Positions 53,766-62,300 of a stretch of DNA of 64,000 nucleotides are shown in pieces; positions within the stretch are counted from its first letter, which is position 1, and every line of letters begins with the position of its first letter. This stretch comes from Acidobacteriota bacterium (lineage in GTDB: Bacteria; Acidobacteriota; UBA6911; RPQK01; JAJDTT01), in assembly GCA_965209055.1 (NCBI GenBank), contig OZ242374.1:1760001-1824000 (forward strand), given 5' to 3'. The notes beneath the pieces were generated by a model. It did not search any database and was not told the DNA's origin. It saw nothing but the letters and a program-made list of their open reading frames with translations. The position numbers were made by a program, and so were the translations under genes.

Positions 53766-54131
53766 CTAAGGGGTTGCCTGGGTTTTGGCTTCTACGCTAT
53801 CCAGGCTCTGCCGGTGTACCGCGGCGGATCAGGAATTTTTCGGAATAGACTCAACGTGATTTCCGGTCCGCGAACTCCAGACCTTGAGCGATAGGAAAAA
53901 CGCGATCCTGATTCCGGACCTCGGCCGGGGTTTCGTTTGTTTCCTGGGGGTGTGGAGACAAACGTCGTTCGCTGGTGGTGTCCTATTATGAATTTTCAGG
54001 CGGTAGCGGGGATTTTGGTACGGAGTGTGCTTGACAGGGGCTGATGAGGCCACCGCATGAACAAAATTCAAGTCTGGACGCTACTTGGTAGTGTCCGGAT
54101 ATTGGGACCGTGCAGAAAATTTGACCCCGGA

Positions 54132-54542
54132 TTACTGACTTCGCAGGTATTGCTCGGGGACAATCGGTTCTGGGAGTCGGCGCTTCTTGGACCTGGCAGC
54201 CAGTTCTTGCTGATACCCCCACCAATCTTTTTCGTTTTTAGGCCATCCAACTATGTTGGAATGCCCTGGCGGGTCATCGTCATCGTCTATGTCAAGTCCG
54301 CTTTGGCAAACGTCGGAGCGGGTCAATTCACCCCATCCATAGAGACGTTTCGCATAGCGTTGTTCCTGGACGACTCTGAGTCCCTCCTCGATGATCTCCT
54401 GGTCAGACTTGCCTTCAGTCCTGTAAACAGAGAGTTCGTGATTCTTATTTGGTTTGAACAGTCGAGGAGGGGGATGAGAGGTCCGGGACTTTATTTTGTT
54501 TCTCTCGACCGCGTATCGGGCGAGTGGAGTGTCTGATGCCAT
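54132..54542 (-). CDS. Putative ADP-ribosyltransferase-fold toxin
   Basis: LARY...FKP...ELSVYR...PPGHSNIVGWP gives an R-S-H spacing like Tse2-type ART folds; the fold call is inference. Confidence 0.55.
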   Translation of the reverse strand: MASDTPLARYAVERNKIKSRTSHPPPRLFKPNKNHELSVYRTEGKSDQEIIEEGLRVVQEQRYAKRLYGWGELTRSDVCQSGLDIDDDDDPPGHSNIVGWPKNEKDWWGYQQELAARSKKRRLPEPIVPEQYLRSQ

Positions 54543-54569
54543 TCAGATTTGCTCCGAATCCGAAACAAC

Positions 54570-55193
54570 TTATCCACACACTTTGCGGATCAAGTCCAGA
54601 ATGGACTCGGGAATCTTCTTCGTCCACGGTTCTGAGCCCTGTCCTTTTTCCCCTTGCATCCAGTAGGCGAAACCAATCTCTCCAGAGGAGAGAATACCGA
54701 TGTCCAGCATTACACGGTCTCTTGGAGTCCATTCAAACTCGATGGAGCCAAACGGGGTAGCACCGACGTAGAGATCTTCGTCGAGGGCTTCCTCGGGCAG
54801 TTGCTTGATGAACGAACGCGCAGTCTTGACTGTTTTAAGAGTAACCCGATCCGCGCCTTCTCCATCCCAGTTGTCCTCTTCACAGTTTCGTTTCAGTTGA
54901 TTGACCTCCTGGAGAATTCGTTGCCGCTGATCTGGAGGGTCGCTCACGTTGTGAGTTGGCCTGGGTGTGACGTTCGATATGGGGGACATTCCCGTGCCGC
55001 TTTCGTAATGGGGTCTTGAGAACGCGCCGGTATCAGAACTACTTGTGGGGACCTGGGCACCAGTAAGGCTGATGAAGAGCAAGGTAACCGGCACAGCTGA
55101 GGCCATCAATGGCGTGATAATGCGACGCCGGTCGGATCCAGTGTCAGTGTACTTGGACTGGTCGTTGGAGTAGATCCTCTGTGGGTCGTTCAT
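54570..55193 (-). CDS. Hypothetical protein with NWDGxGA...PxGxIxxEW domain, candidate antitoxin
   Basis: Low-complexity N-terminus with one hydrophobic stretch; C-terminal DNWDGEGAD..ATPFGSIEFEW; ATGA overlap with the upstream gene. Confidence 0.6.
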   Translation of the reverse strand: MNDPQRIYSNDQSKYTDTGSDRRRIITPLMASAVPVTLLFISLTGAQVPTSSSDTGAFSRPHYESGTGMSPISNVTPRPTHNVSDPPDQRQRILQEVNQLKRNCEEDNWDGEGADRVTLKTVKTARSFIKQLPEEALDEDLYVGATPFGSIEFEWTPRDRVMLDIGILSSGEIGFAYWMQGEKGQGSEPWTKKIPESILDLIRKVCG

Positions 55194-55558
55194 TGTATCG
55201 TGCTTCCTCCGTTGTCCTCACTGAGTTCCTTTTCCTTTTTGGCGTCAGGCATGTGTCGCTCCAGCCACGGAATAAGAGACTTCGCCACGGACGGACTGAG
55301 TATGATTTGCACTTCGGCTTCTCGAACGAACCCCTTTCTGGAGTCCCTTGAAATTTCAGGTCCGAGTTTCCCGTCAGGCCTGAGTTCGTGAACAACACGC
55401 TTGGGCATTGGTGAACGCTCGGAATAGAAAATCATTGCAATCGAGCCGCTTGGGGTTTGTCCACCCCATGCTCCATCCGCGTGAATCACACGGAAGTTGT
55501 TAGATTTGATGAAGTGGAAGTCAACTTTGTTACTCGGCAGCCGTTTACGTCGTGCCAT
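55190..55558 (-). CDS. Hypothetical DUF3467-like protein
   Basis: FRVIHADGAWGGQTPSGSIAMIFYSER..REAEVQIILSPSVAKSLIPWL; GGAGGA SD before ATG 55558. Confidence 0.65.
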   Translation of the reverse strand: MARRKRLPSNKVDFHFIKSNNFRVIHADGAWGGQTPSGSIAMIFYSERSPMPKRVVHELRPDGKLGPEISRDSRKGFVREAEVQIILSPSVAKSLIPWLERHMPDAKKEKELSEDNGGSTIQ

Positions 55559-55763
55559 TCTTTCCTCCGCGTGGGTGAGCGTTGCGCCCTTGCCCTTCAC
55601 ACTCAAGACACAAGCGATACAGTTGGTCTCTCAACGTGGATTATAAACTTGCGCTGACTTCTTCTCCAGTACGACATCCTTCATTGACGATCAATTTCAT
55701 CCCCTAGATTCTATACATCAGGATGGAATCGCGTGAAGGTAGCGGCCCGGAATCCATAGGCGA

Positions 55764-56543
55764 CTAACCCGGTAGCAACTGGTCCACCGTCCAAATCGAC
55801 CCCGCCAGTCCCGCCTCCATCGCCGGAGTGCAAGAGAGAGTTCCATGGATGCGGCCGAAGTTGTACCAGAAGAAGTGCAGAGAAAGGGACGCTCGTAGGT
55901 TCTCCAGCTTCTTCGAGAAGCACAGCGTCTTGCGATTCAGGCGGCGGACGAAGTTTCTCAGCGTCAGGTTCTGACGCTCAATCAAGCTGGTGGACACATC
56001 CATGCGTTCCATCCTGCCCATGATCGGGTAGGGCTTGATCCAGGCCGTGCCGTGGCCGAACTCCTTGGTCATTTGGGTGTAGTCCACATCGGCCCCAAAG
56101 ACTCGCTCCACGGCATCAATATAAGCATCCAGGGCGTCCGTGACAATTCTCGGCCGACCGATGATTCGCTCCTGCAACCGGTACATCAACCGATGGGCAA
56201 CCTCCGTGGTGCGTTTCCCCAGGGCGAAGGCCGGGATGAGTTTGGTGTCCCGGTCCATGGCAATGAAGATCCACTGGCTGCCGACCGTCTCCGGGTCCGT
56301 TGATGTTACATGCTTGTCCTTCTTGGCGACGAAAGACCATGCCTCATCCACTTGGACGACCGAGGGCCTGAAACCGCGAATGTGTTCTCGGGAGAGTTCG
56401 TCGCAGTGTTTTCCGGTGCGGACCATGAGCCGCATGATGGTGTCTCGGTGGTTTCCGGTCAGCCGCTCCACCGAACGGATGGAGCAGCCCTCCAGGAGCA
56501 TGTGGATGGCGGTTTTCTGCTTTTGCGGTGAGAGTCGATTCAT
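55764..56543 (-). CDS. IS1-family DDE transposase (single ORF, intact)
   Basis: N-terminal HTH (LLEGCSIRSVERLTG), VQVDEAWSFV, IVTDALDAY, STSLIERQNLTLR, FSKK, TPAMEAGL. Confidence 0.85.
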   Translation of the reverse strand: MNRLSPQKQKTAIHMLLEGCSIRSVERLTGNHRDTIMRLMVRTGKHCDELSREHIRGFRPSVVQVDEAWSFVAKKDKHVTSTDPETVGSQWIFIAMDRDTKLIPAFALGKRTTEVAHRLMYRLQERIIGRPRIVTDALDAYIDAVERVFGADVDYTQMTKEFGHGTAWIKPYPIMGRMERMDVSTSLIERQNLTLRNFVRRLNRKTLCFSKKLENLRASLSLHFFWYNFGRIHGTLSCTPAMEAGLAGSIWTVDQLLPG

Positions 56544-56636
56544 TGTGACTTGACCTGCGCCCTGGCCAAGTCGCACAATGGTGTGGATCAGACACTCAGT
56601 CGTTCAGCGCAACTGGCTTGGGTGGCTTGAGAGTGC

Positions 56637-56664
56637 AAGGCCGGGAGTTGCCGCTCCCGGCCTT
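56637..56664. promoter_or_regulatory. Perfect 11-bp stem-loop upstream of the transposase
   Basis: AAGGCCGGGAG-ttgccg-CTCCCGGCCTT. Confidence 0.6.
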
Positions 56665-56670
56665 ACTGTT

Positions 56671-57150
56671 TCAGTTAGTTTCCTCTACTCTTCTCCTTCT
56701 TCTTCTGACTCGTCGCGGTCTGTCCCAATGCGGCAACCCCCATTTGTTGTTGTGCAGGACGACCCTGGGATTCTCCTTGCTCCGCTCATTGGAGAGAGCG
56801 GTGGAGAACACTCGGCTGGGATTCGCTGACGTGGTTCGTACTCCGTCTATCAACGCCATCTGCGTCAGGTCCTGGATGGGCATCCATTGGTTGGCCGCAT
56901 CCAGCAACGCGACCAGACGGTCAATAGTGTTCTTGGTTTCGTCTGAGACCCCCTTTTCCAGAGAGAATAGGCAGGCCCGCAGTTCGCCGTCAGAATTGGT
57001 CTTGATTTCCGAAATGAGAAGGGTTACCTGGTCCCATGCGCCATCATGTTTCTCCTTGAGGTCCTTGATGAGGGCGATGTGAATCTGGATTTGCTCCCGG
57101 AGTTCCCTCACTACCTCGATTCGCTTTTGGAGTTCTTCATACTGATCCAT
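56671..57150 (-). CDS. Coiled-coil plus winged-HTH (HARE-HTH-like) protein
   Basis: GGAGGAG SD; heptad-like N-terminus; C-terminal PIQDL..NPSRVFSTALS..KWGLPHW and Arg-rich tail. Confidence 0.6.
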   Translation of the reverse strand: MDQYEELQKRIEVVRELREQIQIHIALIKDLKEKHDGAWDQVTLLISEIKTNSDGELRACLFSLEKGVSDETKNTIDRLVALLDAANQWMPIQDLTQMALIDGVRTTSANPSRVFSTALSNERSKENPRVVLHNNKWGLPHWDRPRRVRRRRRRVEETN

Positions 57151-57269
57151 GGACACACTCCTCCCGTTTGACACGGACTTCTCGGCCGGATAGGATCAGG
57201 GAACCACTTGATTCGTGACGCACAGTGGGAATCGGCTAGCAACCAATGTCCACCGTGGCGTCTGGCGTA

Positions 57270-57345
57270 TGAGGGGGGCGGCGGGTATTGACCCCGCGAC
57301 TTCCCGGTTAGCAGCCGGGTGTTCTATCCACTGAACTACGCCCCC
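57270..57345 (-). ncRNA. Non-canonical tRNA-like RNA (GCT anticodon, short variable loop)
   Basis: GGGGGCG/CGCCCCC acceptor, GTTC/GAAC D stem, CCCGG-CTGCTAA-CCGGG, AAGTC variable loop, GCGGG-GTCAATA-CCCGC, 3' C-TCA. Confidence 0.8.
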
Positions 57346-57408
57346 TTAATACTCTTCATCAATTGTTCCCAAGCGATCACCTCACCGCGGTTCCAATTGT
57401 CAGGCAGC

Positions 57409-57437
57409 ATTCTACTTTTTTTGGTGGCCTGCGTCAA
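57409..57437 (-). promoter_or_regulatory. sigma70 promoter for the tRNA-like RNA/wHTH/transposase arm
   Basis: TTGACG-N17-TAGAAT. Confidence 0.72.
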
Positions 57438-57479
57438 TGCTGCTACGAAAAAATCTGTCAGGTAGATTGTCGTGTGATT

Positions 57480-57524
57480 AGCATGGATAGCATGGTCAGC
57501 ATGGATAGCATGGTCAGAATGACT
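57480..57524. repeat. 9-bp tandem repeat between divergent promoters
   Basis: AGCATGGAT AGCATGGTC AGCATGGAT AGCATGGTC AGAATGACT. Confidence 0.8.
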
Positions 57525-57567
57525 ATCAAGAGACTAACAAATACGGTTTTCGTAGCGTGAAATCGTC

Positions 57568-57596
57568 TTGACAGTTTCACCCCGCCTTTCTACAAT
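57568..57596 (+). promoter_or_regulatory. sigma70 promoter for the structured leader/HIRAN gene
   Basis: TTGACA-N17-TACAAT. Confidence 0.75.
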
Positions 57597-57860
57597 CCTC
57601 ACCGTCGTTATCCGCAGCAGGCTCCTGTGTCGGGCCTCCTGCTGAATAGAACAGTCCATATACCCAAGGACCGGGTAGCTCCCGGCCCTTATGGACGAAC
57701 AGGCGGGTATTCCTACAGCCTTGCTGCGAGATGACGACGGGCCCGACTCCTGAACAATGGTCGGGCCGTTCGCTCTGTGTCGGCGTGTGAGTCAGCCCAG
57801 CGGTGATTTGAGGCTACTGGGAAACCTCCCTGGCGCAGGGCCCTCGACAAGGAGGTGCCT

Positions 57861-58382
57861 ATGGCCACAAAGAAATCCAAATTCATCAACACCAAGGTTG
57901 CCGGCGTCACCTTCGCCAACGACGACGGCACCCAACGCCAGGACATCATCAAGGGCCTCACCATGGGGGAGCAGGTACTCCTGGTTCGAGACCATGACAA
58001 CGAGCATGACTTCTATGCGGTCCAGGTACAGACCACGGAAAAGGAGGTCATCGGCTGGGTGCCCCGCACAAAGACTCCTCAGGTAGCAACATGGATAGAC
58101 GGTGGAAGGCTTGCGGTTGGCATGGTTGCCAGCCGGGGGAAGGCACGGGGGAAGGACCTTGTTGGTATCAACATTGATATCATGCTCGTGGAGGAGGGGG
58201 ACCGGAGATGGGTGGAGGACTTTCTTCAGACGGGTGATATTGAAGGGGCGCAGCGTCGGGAGAGAAAACGGATTCGGAGAGAGGCAGAAGCGGAAAACAG
58301 CGGCTGTCTACCAAGTCTGCTGATCGTGTGTGCCATCCTCACCCTTGCCGCGGCCTGCGGCCTCGCCATGCTCGGACGGTAA
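57861..58382 (+). CDS. HIRAN domain protein with C-terminal transmembrane helix
   Basis: KVAGVTFAN..RQDII..GEQVLLVRDHDNEHDFYAVQV..IGWVPR; C-terminal CLPSLLIVCAILTLAAACGLAML; AAGGAGG SD. Confidence 0.8.
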   Translation: MATKKSKFINTKVAGVTFANDDGTQRQDIIKGLTMGEQVLLVRDHDNEHDFYAVQVQTTEKEVIGWVPRTKTPQVATWIDGGRLAVGMVASRGKARGKDLVGINIDIMLVEEGDRRWVEDFLQTGDIEGAQRRERKRIRREAEAENSGCLPSLLIVCAILTLAAACGLAMLGR

Positions 58383-58487
58383 CCGCGCAAATTAGGACAC
58401 TACCCGTTCGCTCGATTGAATAGTACCGGCTCTCTTGACATGATACACTGACCAGTCGCGAGAGGCTACCTAGGCCGGACGTTTCGG

Positions 58488-59132
58488 ACCCAAGTGGCAA
58501 GGGCTTTGGAACGGTTGGGCATCGTGTTGATCTTAACGCACTCGCGCCAGCCGCGGGACCGTGCGCGCGGATGTTCGGGACGTGGCAGAGCCGGTTACCG
58601 CAGGAGCTGCGGCTGGGGGGATTGGAACCCTGGAGGAGGTAGACTGGTTCCCGTGGAAGGATTGAATCGGGTTTGCCGATCGGTGCTTCACGACGAAGCC
58701 GGCCGAAGCGGTAACGGCGTCTACTCCGGCTGACGGGATCGATCTGGACAGAAACCTCTCGCATCAGGAGATTCGGGTCGCGGGTGTGGTCAACACGGTG
58801 CGGTACCGGCGGGGGGTGCTGCAGATCGAATCCCTGAAGTTCCGCACCAGCCTGGCAAAGTTTCGGGCGTTGGTGTGTGAGCATCTGGATGGGAGTTTGA
58901 GCCTGTACCATGGAGTTCGCCACCTGGGACGGTAGGACCGGCAAGGATGGTTGTTGCACGAGGGGGTCGCATGAAGGAGGCGGGGTGGAGATCCGGATAA
59001 GCCCTGGGGAGCGTGTAGCTGTCCTGGCCGGAAGATCCTCTGATGGCCAAAAGGCGACGCAATTGGGGCCAGTTGTTACTGACCGGACAGATTTCGTGTC
59101 AAAAATCCGATCAACTTGACGTGCAAATGACA
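58488..59132 (+). pseudogene. Degraded ISNCY-type transposase 3' half and right end
   Basis: TQVARALERLGI..RMFGTWQSRLPQELRL..DLDR..NTVRYRRGVLQI..EHLDGSLSLYHG with stops and shifts; end-like motif ACCGGACAGATTTCGTG...TGACA. Confidence 0.7.
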
Positions 59133-59353
59133 GACTCTCTCGCTTGGTGTGGCCACAGAACCTCTTCGGTGCCACGTTCTTGTCCGGGGAACATCTGGAG
59201 TAATGACAAGAATAAGGTATCGTGTCGGTATTGGCATGGTACTATCCCAAGCGGCGCCGTGGATGCTTGCTGGTTCTGTGTGAATCAGCAAAATTCCTGA
59301 AGAATTTTTTGGGGGAATGTCGGCGTCGCTTTTAGTATTAGGAGGAAAGTCAA

Positions 59354-62300
59354 ATGCTAAGACACACGGTCAGTGGGTTCGCCTCAGTTTGCGACGTTTT
59401 CAGAAGAGATATTTTTTTCTGCATCAGGAGGGGCTTTCTCCCCCTCTTGGCGGCAATGCTGCTCGCTGCGCCGCAGTTGGCGTTCGCGAACGGTCTGTCC
59501 GTGACCGTAAATCCCGGGTCGTTGGATCTCACCGAAGGAGGAAGTACCGGTGAATACACGGTGGTTCTGGACGATGCGCCAGAGGAGGACGTTGTCATAG
59601 AGGTGGTGGGTGTCGACGAGGATGTCCTGACTGTCAGTACTGCCACGCTCACTTTTACTGCCGACGTTGGAGATACCGAAGGCTCCTGGAACACCGCCCA
59701 GACCGTTACAGTGACGACCGTCGAGGACGACGATGCTGCGGACGAAAGGATCGTCCTGACGCACACAGCGAAGATGGGACGCCGTGACGCCGTACCACTG
59801 GCGGCGGATACTTCCGTGGTTGTGAGAATCACGGACGATGACACAGCTAACAAACGCGTGATCATCTCGGAGACGGAAGCGACCGTCCCTGAGGCGGGCG
59901 TGGCCGATACCTATACAGTGACCCTGGGAACCCGGCCCACGGGGACCGTAACGGTGGACGTCGGCGGTGTAACGGGTGAGCTTTCAGTCAGCCCTTCACG
60001 TCTGGTTTTCAGACCGGGGGATTGGAGAGACGGAGCCGGGAGTGCTATTACGCCGGCCGCGAAGACGGTTTCGATCTTTGCGGGCAATGACTTCGACGCG
60101 GACGATGACAAGGCCACCCTGACACACAAGGTGAGAGGTGGGGATTACAGCAACGTACGAGCAGGGACGGTCGAGGTGACGGTTGACGACGACGACACAC
60201 GACGTATAACGGTCGTTCCAGCCTCGTTGAACGTAGCGATAGAGAAGAGTGGAACCTTCACGATCAAACTGGACACACAACCGAAGGGGACGGTGACCGT
60301 TCTGGTGGTAAAGGACCCGAGCAATACGGATGCCCAAGTCAGGGTGAGTCCCAGCAGTGTGAGATTTTCGACCGGCGACTGGAATCGACCGAAGACGGTA
60401 ACGGTCACGGCAGGGTCATCGGCTGTCGCCGGTTCCGCGACGGTGGATCTGAGTGTGGACGCATCACCGAAAAATCGGGACACGGACTACACCACTACCG
60501 AACTATCTTCTGCGACTGTCGGGGTAACTATTTCGGACGCGCTGCCCTCGGAGACCGTAACACTGACTAGTTTCCCGAGTCTCGTGGAGGAAGGGTCGAC
60601 AAAGGAGTACACCGTTAAATTGGACAGGAATCCCAGTGTGGCGACCCGGACCGTTTACGTGACCTCCTCAGATACCGCCTCCGTCACTGTGGCACCGGCC
60701 TCATTGGATTTCACCCAAGATCCTGAGGGCACAACAGACGGCACATGGAGAACGTCTCGGACTGTAACCGTCACCGGCGTACGGGATGGCGACGCGGTGG
60801 AAGAGACCGTCGTCGTGGCCCATCGGTTTACTTCAGCAACTGGACCCATTGTCAGAACCTCAACAGTGAGGGTTGACGAACTGAATACGCGCGGCGTGTC
60901 GGTCTCCAGAACCGAACTGGAGGTCAAGGAGGGTACGAGTAACACCTACACCCTCACTCTGGACTCTGACCCGGTTGGCGGGCCCGTAACGGTGACGATC
61001 ACCGCATCCTCAAACCAGGTCACCATCAGTCCCTCTCAGGTGACATTCACGAGTCAGGGGGTTTCGGAGACGGTGACGGTGACTGCTGTTGGAGACGAAG
61101 ATGCATCAGCAAACCCCTCCGTCACCTTGAGTCACAAGGTCCGTGGTGCTGTTGGGGACTACGACAACTTCTCGGTGAGTAACGTCAAGGTGACGGTCCC
61201 GGAGGCCCAAAAAACCGGCATCGAGATTATGGGCCAGCCGGCGAGCATGACTGAGGGAACCAGTGAAACGTACGAAGTTCGTTTGACGGCCCAACCAACG
61301 GGAACCGTGACGGTTCGGATACGTAGCGACTCCGATGACGTGACCCTGAGACCGTCCCAGTTGAGGTTCACGACCAGTAGTTGGAATCAATATCAGACGG
61401 TCAGGATCAGAGCCGAACATGACGCCGATGCGGACGACGACCCGGAGGTGACGTTGACGCACATCGCGAGTGGAGGCGGCTACGACCAGGTGTCGAAGGA
61501 AACCCAGCTGGACGTCATGGAAGACGATGTGTCCCAGAAGGGTGTACGCGTAAGTCCAAGTGCATTGACGATTACCGAGGGTGGATCCGAGAGAAGGTAC
61601 ACGATCAATCTCATGACCAGACCTACGGCAACCGTACGGGTACGGTTGGGAGTTGACCCGTCTGACGCGGCACCCAGAATTCAGATAAAACCGAATCAGA
61701 TGACATTCACTCCGGACAATTGGAATGTTCCGGTGACGGTGACGGTAAGTGCGCCAGAGGACCACGTTGACCAAGGTACCCACACTGACGTGGACGTAAC
61801 CCACACACTAAGCGGTGGCGGCTACGACGACCAGGCGCCTACTGTAGATGTGAGAATCAGAGACAACGACGAACGGGGTGTCACCCTGAATCCTGTGGAA
61901 TTGGAGGTCGTTCAGGGCTTTTGGCAGGAATACACCGTAAGACTGGATTCTCAGCCTGCTTCAACTACTGCCGGCGCCCCCGTTGTAACAATCAGTCCGA
62001 CAAGAGGTGTTACCGGTGTGACGGTGAGTCCGGGAACGTTGACCTTCACGGCATCAAATTGGTCCTCTCCACAGAAGGTAAGGGTCAGTGCCGGGGACGA
62101 CGCTACGCCGGGCACAGGGTCTGTGACACACACGGTTGCCGCAGCAGACACCGACTACAGTGCTGAATCGGCTGGCAGTGTGGCCCTTGACATCAAGGAC
62201 AACGCCGTGGATGGCGTCGCCGTAAGTCCAACCGTACTGGAGGTTCTGGAAGGGACCAGTGAGTCTTACACCATCGTGTTGACGCAGAAACCTGATAAGA

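Larger units (their letters stand above)
54087..58404. mobile_element. Putative IS1-family cargo-carrying transposon
   Basis: GGTAGTGTCC (54087-54096) and GGACACTACC (58395-58404) are inverted ends enclosing an IS1-like transposase and passenger genes; no target duplication seen. Confidence 0.65.

Noticed and set aside
49845-53848. Short open frame re-formed by removing both IS elements (..SLESLLGEISREPENYAF..)
   Set aside because: Only about 60 codons, no start codon or recognisable motif; may be chance.
57270-57345. Calling this an ordinary tRNA-Ser or the second att copy of tRNA-Pro
   Set aside because: It lacks the long variable arm, TTC T-loop and CCA, and shares no 3' sequence with tRNA-Pro at 49264; no att duplicate was seen in the window.
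57480-57524. Repeat array as CRISPR
   Set aside because: Contiguous 9-bp units without spacers and no cas genes; no CRISPR array seen anywhere in the window.
54079-58412. Target-site duplication for the IS1-like element
   Set aside because: Flanks CGCTACTT and CGTTCGCT do not match, so this support is absent.
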